NCBI GenBank assembly: GCA_002633005.1
Contig: NMRA01000217.1
Coordinates: 186,001-250,000, forward strand
DNA: 64,000 nt
Source of the DNA: Phoronis australis
Lineage: Eukaryota; Animalia; Phoronida
Direction: 5' to 3'
Shown here: positions 13,840 through 24,513 of the stretch, piece by piece
How the letters are laid out: every line of letters starts with the position of its first letter
Numbering within the stretch: the first letter of the stretch is position 1
Notes under the pieces: model-generated
Seen by the model: only the letters and a program-made list of their open reading frames with translations
The model's database searches: none
What the model was told of the DNA's origin: nothing
Made by a program: the position numbers and the translations under genes

Positions 13840-14160
13840 ATAAACAAGTACAAAAACACAAACAAAAACATCGGACACGCGTCTTCACCCCTGGAAAGAC
13901 CACTCTCGTTTAAAGTAAAAAATGCTATATGGAGTTTAACGTGAACAATATTTTTCCACTTCCCTGAAAAGCTGTCATGCACAGTTTTTATGCGCAATTA
14001 TTTTTTCAAATTTTTCAGCATTATAGTACTCATGAGTGCGTGTGACAAACTTGTGAATATTATGTATATTTTTGTGACATCTCTCCTTGTAACGGTACTG
14101 GAACAGCAAATGTTAAGAAAATCGCGCGTCTCATTAAGTCCAAGATTAACACACATTTTG
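13840..14160 (-). mobile_element. Second 3'-end fragment of the same L1/Tx1 LINE family
   Basis: Colinear similarity to 5480-5830 (gaccactctcgt, ttaacgtgaacaat, gaaaagctgtcat, tttcagcattatag, ttttgtgacatctct). Confidence 0.75.
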
Positions 14161-16129
14161 TATGACTTACAGTTAATAAGTTGCCTTTGCAAATTACATC
14201 CCACTCACCTTGATCAACTACAGGCAGCGTGTTACCATACCCTTTGCGTTGTCAATGTAATAAACCTAATGTGTGCTAACAACACAGGCGCACTACCTTT
14301 TTGTAAAGATTAATACTCGCTCAATTAATTTGGGCTTGTCTTTATGAATAGGCTTTACTTGCTGCTTGGCTAGGGTGAGGCACCTCGCCTAGGGTAGTCT
14401 TGATGTGGGAAGATCTGTAAATGCTATTCGGATGGCATGGCCAGGTAAAAGTCCTTTTGTTGTCTTCCTGAATCCATGATAGCTTCCAATCTGTTCTTTT
14501 AAACTATTTTCTTGTCGTGATTCCATTCTTATGTGCTACTAAGTAGATTTTGTGCATGGTAGTCTACTTAGTACGCAAGCTAACATATTGATAATCCGGT
14601 CACAGTTATCTGGGCAAGTAACCACACACGGTAGCCTACTCAGTGTATGGCGAAAGAAGCAACTTGCAATATCGGTCATCAAAAATAACACCGCGTGAGG
14701 CTCAGCACTGAAAAAGTGGCGGGCTATAGCCCCCCAGTGATGCACCATCCATAGACAATGGGCACCGCAGCACTCAGTGAAAAAAGTGGGGGGACTATAG
14801 CTGTGGTGCGCCGCCCATGGATCACGTCTGTTTTGGTTACTAAAGTTTATTTGGCTTCATTTGGTTGTAACCTGTCTCTTCGCAGTATTATTTTGGGTGG
14901 ATACTCGCGAAATGTCGTCCGATTTCTAAGACGCGTTGTTTTGCATTTCTGTACCAACTCGTGGTCGACTGGGATCCGGTTTCGCCATCTGGCGATTGTT
15001 ATAGAAGGGCCATGCAAGGACGATAAGAAGCATCGCTGAAATCATTCTAAATTGAACTATAACGTTTTATGTTTCAATAACTCTACCTCTCCTTGAAACC
15101 CTAACCAGTTTGAATATTAAACCCTTGAAATAAGAATATCTGACTGTCATATTGGAATTTAATTATTCAATTAGTATGATATCAAACAATGCCCCGGGAA
15201 ACGAACTCAGCTTGCCTCAGTTAATGCACTTTAGTTTTTTACTGATAAAAAGATTATTTTCTTTTTGTTTAAAGTTACATTGAACGCAATTGAGGACCAG
15301 GGTGCGTTAACACAAAAACGACAGCAAATAGCTCCATTCCAATAACAACCATGGAGAATGAGAACTGAAACTTACTTTAATGCCCCACTCGGCTTCTGTG
15401 ACAACCGGACAGCACACTACGTTTGCATTGTGTGTCAATAGTCGGATGTAATGTTCCCGTATTTTGAGAACCATTTTTTGATGCACTTTATTTAGTGGAG
15501 AAAACTGATTCTCAAAATACGGGCACGTGATATCCAACCATTAACCATTGTGTGGAACGGCAAGTCTCAAAGGTACTCAATACCCATATTAGCTGTACAA
15601 GGCTCAATTTACCCTTAATTTTGTGGTAACGCTATTGCTTTTATTCGCTCTCATTACCACCATCGCTATTACCAGTGTTATTATGATCATCATGGCTCCT
15701 AATGTTCGAGGTGGACACCACCGTTGATCCCCGGTATTACTCAAACTCTTAATAATTAGTGTTGAGTATGCCAGCTAAATGTTCTGGAGTTCAAACTAGT
15801 GTTCCAACATTTTGAGGTTGGACAACAGTTACAGAATTTGACCATTTCGAAGTGTTATTCAATGAACTAGTACCTAAGCGTAGGAAGGCCTTCACTGTTG
15901 TTTTTTTAAGTTGTGCATGGCCTTGTCAGTCATGGCTAAGAATACACACGAGTCAAAATAACAACACCAAGAACACGTGCGGTGATTCCAGGGCTTTTAG
16001 AAAACAACAGGTGGTGCGTTTTCCTTTAAACCAACCTTAAAAGTGGCTCGTATACGTAAACAGTAATCCGATATACGTGTAGTTGTTTTGGAAGAGGCAA
16101 TAATGACGGAATCGTCATTTACCTTTGAT

Positions 16130-16137
16130 TATATAAA
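16130..16137 (+). promoter_or_regulatory. Candidate TATA box of the orphan secreted-protein gene
   Basis: TATATAAA ~90 bp upstream of the ATG at 16221. Confidence 0.5.
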
Positions 16138-16220
16138 GAAATGACTCTAATCAAACACAAGTCAATCATTTCCATCTTCAGACAGCATATGCACGTAATT
16201 CAGTCAAGTCGGAAACGGAA

Positions 16221-18518
16221 ATGAAGAAAGGAAGTGCTTTGCAAATTTTCATTGTGTTGGTAAGTTTAATCGGATAATGGAGCACCTTGACTTCATTTGT
16301 TTGCGTTACCATTAATGATTTGTTGTCGAAATCCTTAAATTACAAAGTTTCGATAAGAATATTGAATTTGACTTTAGAACAGCAGTAAGATTTTCAAAAT
16401 TTGGTTCATTGGCAGGTTTACCACGTTCACGCTGTGCTTGGCCATTCTACACCTGTGCTGACGGGTCAAGTCATATTCGAAGGGGATGGTATCGAAGGAC
16501 CTCTTCAGTATTACGAAAGCGTCAACGAGTTCCGTATCAACGCGAAAGTTAACGTTGACAGTCCGCTTTCCGAACATAGCCAGCTGGAGATCACTTGCAC
16601 GTACGTTTCACAATCATGCATCATCGTCACTACAATGCGCGCCCATGTCATGACTGACGCAAGCGCGGCCCAGTCTCTCAATAACTTTTTGCTTTTGCAA
16701 TGTGGTATGAGCCGGTCCGACGGGATTAAACTACCCGGGGGATAAAACTGAACTGAGTTGAGGTGTCTCGAACATGCAATATGAACTCAAGGTTTTCATA
16801 TTGCATGAAACTCTTCTTCTTCATCACTAATATTGGCAATTTTTCAGCGCATCATTTGTCGTGTCAAATGTGTATGCAAGTCGTTTGACACTTGACACTG
16901 GCAGCTTTTCCTTTAAAGGAGTAGAAGCCGCGGCGGACGACGCCGGGAGAAACGAGCTTGTGGTTTCTTTTCAAATTCAAAGTACGTCACGTCATACTTC
17001 TCATCTCGCTAAATGTCGTGAATGTATGAGAGACTGGAACGCGTTTGGTCCTGAGTTATTTCCGCAGCGGGTGGATGCCAAAAAATAGACACGAAAACAG
17101 TAAAAATAGACATTAGGTGGCGCAAAATACTTCGAATCCATCTGAAAATGGTAGGATAGTGTCACTTCTCCAAATACATGTCTATATTCCAAATCTTGTG
17201 AAACTCCATTGAGGACCTTTGAATATACAGAGATAAACGTAAAAAACTAAAATTGCTACTAGGGGGCACACTGGTGAAAAAGTCTGTGCGAAAATCATTG
17301 TCGTCGTCCGTTGTCAATATCAAATAAATGCACTTGCTAAATTTAAAAAAGATCCTGCAAACGGTTTAGGAGATACAGCCATAGGCGCAAAAAACTGCCA
17401 CTAGGAGGCGCCACAGCAGTCGAAGACATCGTAAAATCATCGCCGGTAAGCCATCCTCTTTATAGTAAGAACATACATGCTAATTTTCAAATCGTATCCT
17501 TAAAGCGGATTGGTTAATAGAGGGGTGGATGCCAAAAATCAGACTCGAAAACAGTAAAAATGGACACTAGGTAGCGCAAAGTCCCTCGAATCCATCTGAA
17601 AACAGATGGATAGCGTCCATTTCTCTAATAGACGGCTACATCCCAAATTTTATGAAAATGTTGAGGACCTTTAAAGATACAGAGGTAAACGTAAAAAACT
17701 AAAATTGCTACTAGGGGGCACACCCGTAGTCGGAGAGGTCCTAAATTTATAGCCTTCAGTCGTCAGCCGAGCTTGATAGGAACACATCTGCCAAATCTCA
17801 GTCATCAAGATCCTGTGAGGGGTTTAGGAGATACAGTTGCGGACGCCGAACGACGGACGCCCTGACGCCCAGACAGAGATGACGGCAATATGCGACCACA
17901 TATAATAAAACAGAATCTATATTTCGTGACTGCATGTCACATCATCAGGAAATAAGTGAATTACACGTGACAGCATGAAAGAGGGGCATACAAGCAGAGA
18001 GTGTGAATGCAACACACGGTAGGAAGCCCGCAACCCTATCGGAACAGAACCAGTGTGTGATACACACCTGTGAGCTGTTCATTCAACACAGGTTTTTCGT
18101 GACTGATCAACAGCGAATCCAAAATCACATACTACAAGAATTCTCTTTGTTGGCAATCTCGCAAAATCTCTGTTGCATTTTAAGCTGAACATTGCGTAAA
18201 AATGACATTCTAGCACTGACAAAGCGATGATATACCGGTACTTGCAGAATAAAAACTACGTCCAGAAACGAAACTACACAGTATTCTCAAGTTCAACAGA
18301 TGAAAGGGAAATACCACCTGAAGGACATCAAAGGAGAAGACACATACAAGAAGCAGTTTACATTTACTGGCTCGTTTTCAACTCGCAATGGCTTCACAGC
18401 TTACCGGGAGTGTGACGCTAAATTAACGTTCTTGAACCCTCACACACAACGAGAACAGCTAAAGAACCTAAAGTTGATTGGTGGACGGCGAGATTACAAG
18501 TTTGGTGAGAACTTATGA
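16221..18518 (+). CDS. Uncharacterised, probably secreted beta-rich protein (exons 16221-16259, 16416-16600, 16848-16981, last exon ~18248-18518)
   Basis: Exons 1-3 join in frame through canonical GT-AG sites (phases 0 and 2): MKKGSALQIFIVL-VYHVHAVLGHSTPVLTGQVIFEGDG...LEITCT-ASFVVSNVYASRLTLDTGSFSFKG...VVSFQIQ. The N-terminus resembles a signal peptide. The last exon (...MKGKYHLKDIKGEDTYKKQFTFTGSFST...KFGENL*) is protein-like, but its join to exon 3 is unresolved (phase mismatch at the best acceptor). Confidence 0.65.
17030..17900 (+). mobile_element. Intronic repeat element with internal ~150-bp tandem monomers (Helentron-associated/HINE-like architecture)
   Basis: 17068-17270 is repeated, diverged, at 17522-17722. 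The motif ACTAGGNGGC recurs every ~142-166 bp, and the 3' part has the tttaggagatacag...cggacgccgaacgacggacg microsatellite-like tail typical of such non-autonomous invertebrate elements. Confidence 0.6.
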
Positions 18519-18805
18519 ACCGTATTTAATTAAGCTTTCTGTAACCAAAATTGGACATTATTTCTGGAGAAACGTACTCAAAAGATTTAACCATAAACTG
18601 TTGAATTTTCCATCTATTTCGATATACTGCGCTTTGAATTAAAGTTCACTGTGTGCTTGTTCCTGTCGATAAGTAGTTGTTGTTCCAAGATAAAGACATA
18701 AACAGACCATAAGATACAGAGTAATTCTCCTGACACTGGTTCCAAACTTTTGCTTATATTTTCCGAAGAGGCAGTAATTTCAACTTCATGTATTGAGCTC
18801 TTTCT

Positions 18806-19379
18806 TATGATGGGCCGTTGGGGGGGAAAGTGTCGCCGGAAAAAATACGAGCGTAATTGTGTACATTACGCCGTTATTTACGCCGTTAATTACGCCGTAA
18901 AATTACGAGCGTAATTTAATTTTTTACGGCGTAAAATTACGCTCGTAATTTAGTTTAAACTCTTAGCCAATGACGTTGGGTTTTATATTCCACGATCGCG
19001 CGCGCTCATAGAAATACTTATTTACTGAAGGACTTCATGTCTACGATACGAGCGCTGAATCATGGCGGATCAAATCGTTGCTGCTGCCATGTCAGCGATT
19101 GTGCAAGAACAAGCAGTCCAGCAACAGTCGTGTATGTTAAATCATCACTGATTGGTCTAAATTTGGAACGTTCTTAAGGTATTTTACGAACGTAATTTAC
19201 GGCGAGATTTCCCCCATTTAATTTACGGGCGTCAATTTTACTGCAACACTTTTGTAATTCAACTTACGCTCGTAACTTACGCTCGTAATTACGAGCGTAA
19301 TTTAGCGGCGAAACTTTTCCCCATTTCATTTACGAGCGCAATTCTACGGCGACACAATTCCCTTCAACGGCCCACCATA
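18806..19379. mobile_element. Non-autonomous DNA transposon, IS3EU-like (TAT...ATA termini, 6-bp TSD CTTTCT)
   Basis: Left TIR TATGATGGGCCGTTGGGGGGGAAAGTGTCGCCG versus the reverse complement of the right end TATGGTGGGCCGTTGAAGGGAATTGTGTCGCCG. CTTTCT at 18800-18805 and 19380-19385. Many subterminal TTACGAGCGTAA/TTACGCCGT motifs. Confidence 0.75.
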
Positions 19380-19607
19380 CTTTCTGGTGTTGAACGTTTC
19401 TAATACTGGCGTTTTCGGCGGCGCCCCCCAGCGGTTTTCCCGGCGCTTGTTGCATTTAGCCAGTGAAGAACGAGGAGGCGTGAAATAATGCCTGTAAAGA
19501 TGTTCTAGTTCAGTTTACACAATTCGCATGCAAAGTTTCAGATCTCTGGCTCAAGCACAAAAAAAAACTAGCAAAAATTTGGGACCTTCTTCGGGAGAAT
19601 ATCACTN

Positions 19608-20014
19608 CGGCGAGATTTCCCCCATTTAATTTACGGGCGTCAATTTTACTGCAACACTTTTGCAATTCAACTTACGCTCGTAACTTACGCTCGTAATTAC
19701 GAGCGTAATTTAGTGGCGAAACTTTTCCCCATTTCATTTACGAGCGCAATTCTACGGCGACACAATTCCCTTCAACGGCCCACCATACTTTCTGGTGTTG
19801 AACGTTTCTAATACTGGCGTTTTCGGCGGCGCCCCCCAGCGGTTTTCCCGGCGCTTGTTGCATTTAGCCAGTGAAGAACGAGGAGGCGTGAAATAATGCC
19901 TGTAAAGATGTTCTAGTTCAGTTTACACAATTCGCATGCAAAGTTTCAGATCTCTGGCTCAAGCACAAAAAAAAACTAGCAAAAATTTGGGACCTTCTTC
20001 GGGAGAATATCACT
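19608..20014 (+). repeat. Near-identical direct duplicate of 19200-19606 across a single-N gap (likely assembly/haplotype artefact)
   Basis: Two 407-bp copies separated by one N (19607). I saw only two substitutions. Confidence 0.8.
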
Positions 20015-20701
20015 ACATGTATGCAACAGTTTGGGGGATTTCATCTACGGCGCTGGTATAGTTTTCAAAATGTGACGGATGTCGGTTCGTATATATCCCG
20101 TGACATTACTGATAGCTCGTGGACGAGTTTAGTGTGTTTTCGGTGACGAGATTTGAGTTCAGCGCTAACACCCCGGGTAACCACAAATTTCCCCTCGGAG
20201 GTGAAAGGTATCCGCGCTTGTGGAAACTCCTGTCTCACGGCAAGTCGCGTGACTTTCGAACGTGGATGATTGGTCGTATGACAGAAATTCGCACATGCGT
20301 AGATAACAACCACCTCCGAGGGAAACATCAGGGTTTCGGAAATACCCGAGGTGTTCCAAATGCTTTTAGCGTAGGCTTTTGTGGGTGATTCACGTTGGCG
20401 TATGTTCGAAAAGCGAGAATGCCGTCGAACGCGCTGAGATGTCCACTCGATGATGAAGGTGTTAAACAAAAGTTATCAGTAGCCTGAATCAGAAGAAAAT
20501 TACAATCGCTTTTGCGAAACCATGATTTTAGCCGTTTCAACCAAAACCCTTTGATGCAATGATATGAAACACTCGGCCTAGTGCGAGGGATGATATGAGG
20601 CGTTGATGTCATCGCAGGTTTACGAACCGACAACCGTCCCACGACGCATTTGAAAAACTACAGCGATGCCGTCAGTGAAATCCCTTGAATTTCAGCTTTA
20701 G

Positions 20702-21192
20702 TGCAGTTCCTGTGTAATCTTTCAGTCGAAAGTCTCATTGCCGAGTATTCGAAATGGATTAAAGAGTGGTTTCCAAAGAAGAACTTTACTTTACTAATAA
20801 AGAAAAGTCAAACGTTCTCGTACCAGAACTTCCACACAAAAGTCGACGGCAAAGGACCAACTGTTATTCTTGGAGTTGAAGCACTGACAGGCATTCTTTA
20901 TGGCGGGTACACCTCCAAGTCGTGGGGAGGAAGGGTTAGACGAGTGGATCCAGAAGCATTCATTTTTCGAATCAACTGCGCTTCTCCAGAATGTTGGGCA
21001 AAGAAATTTGTCGTTAAAGATGCGGATATGATAGTCATCCATGATGATCCCAACGACTTTCCATCTTTTGGTAACGACGAATTGGCATTTGAAGGTTGTA
21101 AGTTTAACCCAAAGAATCATCTCTTCCAGCTGACAGAGAATCTGGGCTGTTTCGGGGAATGGAAATACGTGGAAATCTACAGTGTCCAATAA
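20702..21192 (+). CDS. TLDc-domain protein, terminal coding exon
   Basis: FTLLIKKSQTFSYQNFHTKVDGKGPTVIL...GILYGGYTSKSW...DPEAFIF...FPSFGNDEL...YVEIYSVQ* matches TLDc hallmarks (FH..CD.KGPT, FGG[YF]...W, P.FG, E[IV][YF]). Phase-1 acceptors end at 20695 and 20701. AATAAA overlaps the stop. The upstream exon is uncertain. Confidence 0.85.
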
Positions 21193-21304
21193 ACATACCT
21201 TCACCTTTCACTGTAAAACAACGTGACTTGGGAAAGTTAATAAACAAGGTTGGTAAAGTTTAGAAGTTGTTTTTTTATTGTATTAACCTACTCGTCATAT
21301 ATTG

Positions 21305-21307
<3 letters not shown>

Positions 21308-21360
<53 letters not shown>

Positions 21361-21402
21361 TCCCTCTCNNNNNNNNNNNTCTCTCTCTCTCTCTCTCTCT
21401 CT
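21308..21402. repeat. (CT)n microsatellite with internal gap
   Basis: Directly visible. Confidence 0.95.
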
Positions 21403-22874
21403 ATCGTAATGCCGGGAAGCGACGTCCGTTGGATCCCAACTCGGCTTCGGTTGACAAAAAGTCAAGAAGGTTGGTAGTAACGTTACTTTCTAGTCTGGTG
21501 AAACTGTGCCCGATTTTCGCTCTTTTAAAATCCCAGATCTAAAGAGTTGGCAGAACGAGGAAGGAACAAGTAGTTCCATCACGTGGGTTCGTAATTGTCG
21601 GGCTTTCCCGACACACACCCACTGAATACGCAGCCCCAGTGGCAAATGTATGGAACCTGATGTCCATCAACCATGGATATTTCAAGAGGCTTTCCTGTTA
21701 ATGACCCACAAGGACGACCTAAATCATAACAGCGGAAATATGTCGGAAATTTGGCTGCAGAAAAGGTGATATTTATACCAGTAAGTTGAAATCTCATGTC
21801 CGCGTTACATAGCGGGATCTGTGGGTGACGCTGAACGTCTGTCGGTAACTTTAAATTTCGCGAGATTACGCGCGATATTGTCTTGTATTTTGCTCGAGAG
21901 CACGTGATTTTGGTTAGATTTTCTAGCCGCGAGGCAGCTACTGAACATTACCCAGATCCGGGTGTCTGGCGGGCCGGATAGTGACTTTCAATATGGCGCG
22001 GCTATTTCGAGAGTCAGCTACTGTATTCGTTTAACTATTGTCACTCTGGACAAACTACGTGCTGTAATTCTACACGAAAAAATTAGTGGCTAGTCGGTGA
22101 AGCGTCCCGAACCACACATGCAAGTAGCATTTGTTGACTTCTTTTCAACGCAAGCTGCATGACTTTCATGCAATTCTATTGCACAAAGTTCAGTCAACAA
22201 TGGCTGTACAACTGGTGAACTCTGCTGACTGGTGACGTTTTTAAGCGGAGTAACATGTATTGCGTAAAAACAAACAACGAAGGACCACGCAGGCATTATA
22301 TCTGTGTTGGATAAATTACATAGTTTGTGCAAGTAAAATAAAAAAACAGATATAAACCCAAATACACATGCTTTCTACTGAAATGTATCGCGGTTTGGAA
22401 CTGTTGATTCAATGTCATGAATAATTTAAGAAACATCTATGTATAAATGAGAGGCAGGGAATTGACGCCTGTCATAATTTACGTTTCCTATGCAGCGGGG
22501 GATTATGAAATATATTTAAGATCCTAGTAACATTCATAAATAGTAATTCGCTATAAAAATGTTCAAGATTAGTTCTGTATTTTTAAAGAAACTTATTGTG
22601 ATAGTGGAACCAATAAAAACTGACGCGTGCGTACAACTGGAATTCCATCAGCTACCCGATTAAGGAGTTCTTTTCAGTTTTGGCATTTATTAATTGAGAA
22701 AATATGGCAATACAACTGCGCGTCATCACATTAGGAGAAAATTGTGTTCAAATTCGTCTGTCAAAGTTTAAACGGACACTAAACCCTTCGGTCTGTACCC
22801 TGCTAATGCACGATTGGCGTTTCGCTAGTGTGATAAAAACACATACTCATTTTGACACAGAATGGGTATTATCG

Positions 22875-23009
22875 TTATTGGTGGATGGTATTTCCCTACA
22901 CTTGTCGCGTATTACCCAGTTATTGGTGGATGGTCTTTCCCAACACTTGTCGCGTATTACCCAGTTATTGGTGGATGGTCTTTCCCTACACTTGTCGCGT
23001 ATTACCCAG
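22875..23009 (+). repeat. Three tandem copies of a 45-bp unit inside a family-A repeat copy
   Basis: Unit ttattggtggatggtctttccctacacttgtcgcgtattacccag x3 with single mismatches. Confidence 0.9.
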
Positions 23010-23499
23010 TGACACCTAAAAGCGAATATCACGCTTGTCCGTTTAGCAGATTTTTAAGGTTAAAAATTGTTTCAAATTTTTTGCGTTTGACAAGAGTGGC
23101 AGAGCATTATTTTGTTTTAGAGAGCGGAACTGAAAAGTCGCTATTAATATCTGACAACATACCAAAGTCGGGTTTTATTAGTGTTCTTTTAAGGTCACAT
23201 CTTCAACTAAACAAAGCCAATTCGTGTTTACGAGGCAGTAAATATTTTTCCAAAGTTATGATAAGCATTATGAAATAATACCTTGAAACTGTTTTTACAC
23301 GGTTGATTGAGTTGCATTCTTTAACGTCGTCCGGAAGTGAATTCGAATATTTTAATATTGAAATTAATTAACGATGTAACAAGGGACCATCTGAACGCTT
23401 GGTTATATGATTGGGGAATTGCTTAGGAAACAGTGTGTCTCAAACCGGGACGATAACTTTGTGGGATTTATAGATCGAATAATTTTCAACATAAAAGTG

Positions 23500-23920
23500 G
23501 TCAAAATTGTTAAGCACGCTCGTATGAAGCTTTCTTCTTTTGGACGTTTTGAGTCAGTTAAGGCTATTCTGGCACAGGTAGAACCCTTGTGTGTTCCCAT
23601 TACAAGAAGAGCAGTTTGATACTGGAACTTCTCGAGACGTTGAAAAGAACGTGTATAAGTGGACTGAGACAATATGCCGCAGTAATCAAATTGAGGAAGA
23701 ACGAAACAAAGACTCCTAATCAGTGTACTGTGTTAAGTTGGCAAAAGACAAGCATCCATGGAAGTTTCTGAACGTGTGGGTGATGAAGGAAGGTTTATCG
23801 TCCAATAGGATCCCAAGATCACTTTCTATGAGTTTGTTTGTGCGTAATTGTTTCATCGTTGGGTTAAAAGATCGTAATGTGGGTCAACAAAAGCGACATT
23901 GTGTGGCAAGATTTTGAAAA
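23500..23920 (-). mobile_element. Highly decayed CR1/L2-type LINE reverse-transcriptase C-terminal remnant
   Basis: Minus-strand peptides SDLGILLDDKPSFITH and QRLEKFQYQTALLVMGTHKGST resemble the KDLGV.LD.KL.F..H and LEK.QY.AA...TG..KGTS motifs of these LINEs. The frames are broken. Confidence 0.6.
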
Positions 23921-24513
23921 TATGAGATCGGCACTTGTTCTAGTTTAAAGAGACTCTTTCAGCGTCGTTTTAGTTAAAAAAATCACAAAACGAATTTTCA
24001 TGCAAGTTTCTTCAGTCGAAACTTAAGCTCAAATATCGCTCGTTCAACACAACTCCAAATATTTTCAAACTTAGATGAATTCAATATGAATTTTTAGTTG
24101 ATTTTTTATTTTCCGTGGTGCACCACCTAAAATGGTTGTCGTAGTGAGTGACAGCTGACCCATGCATTATAGATACCCAGTCAACTGCCGCAATATGTAC
24201 ATGTAATGAGCTTTCCGTGAAAATCCAGCCCACTTTAAAAATCCAAAAAGTAACAGTAAAATAAGGATAAACACAAACGGGGCTGAAAGTTAGTAATTGT
24301 TTATATGAGCGATACAATGTACACTTCGACTGACGCAACACATCCCGAATTCCAAATTGGTGAATGTAAGAGAACGTATGCTTAAAATTCTGCGCACGTT
24401 TATAAAACAAGAGGGAAAGAGAAGACTGAATGTATTTCTCGCTATATCACATAATTTAGGAAAATAAATAATGATTGCAACATACTGCGGCAAGTCTTGT
24501 CATCCAGTGACCA

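Noticed and set aside
19200-20014. Biological tandem duplication of the transposon right end
   Set aside because: The copies abut a single N and are almost identical, typical of an unmerged contig overlap.
22875-23009. CRISPR-like direct repeats
   Set aside because: Head-to-tail 45-bp units with no spacers, inside a eukaryotic interspersed repeat, and no cas genes.
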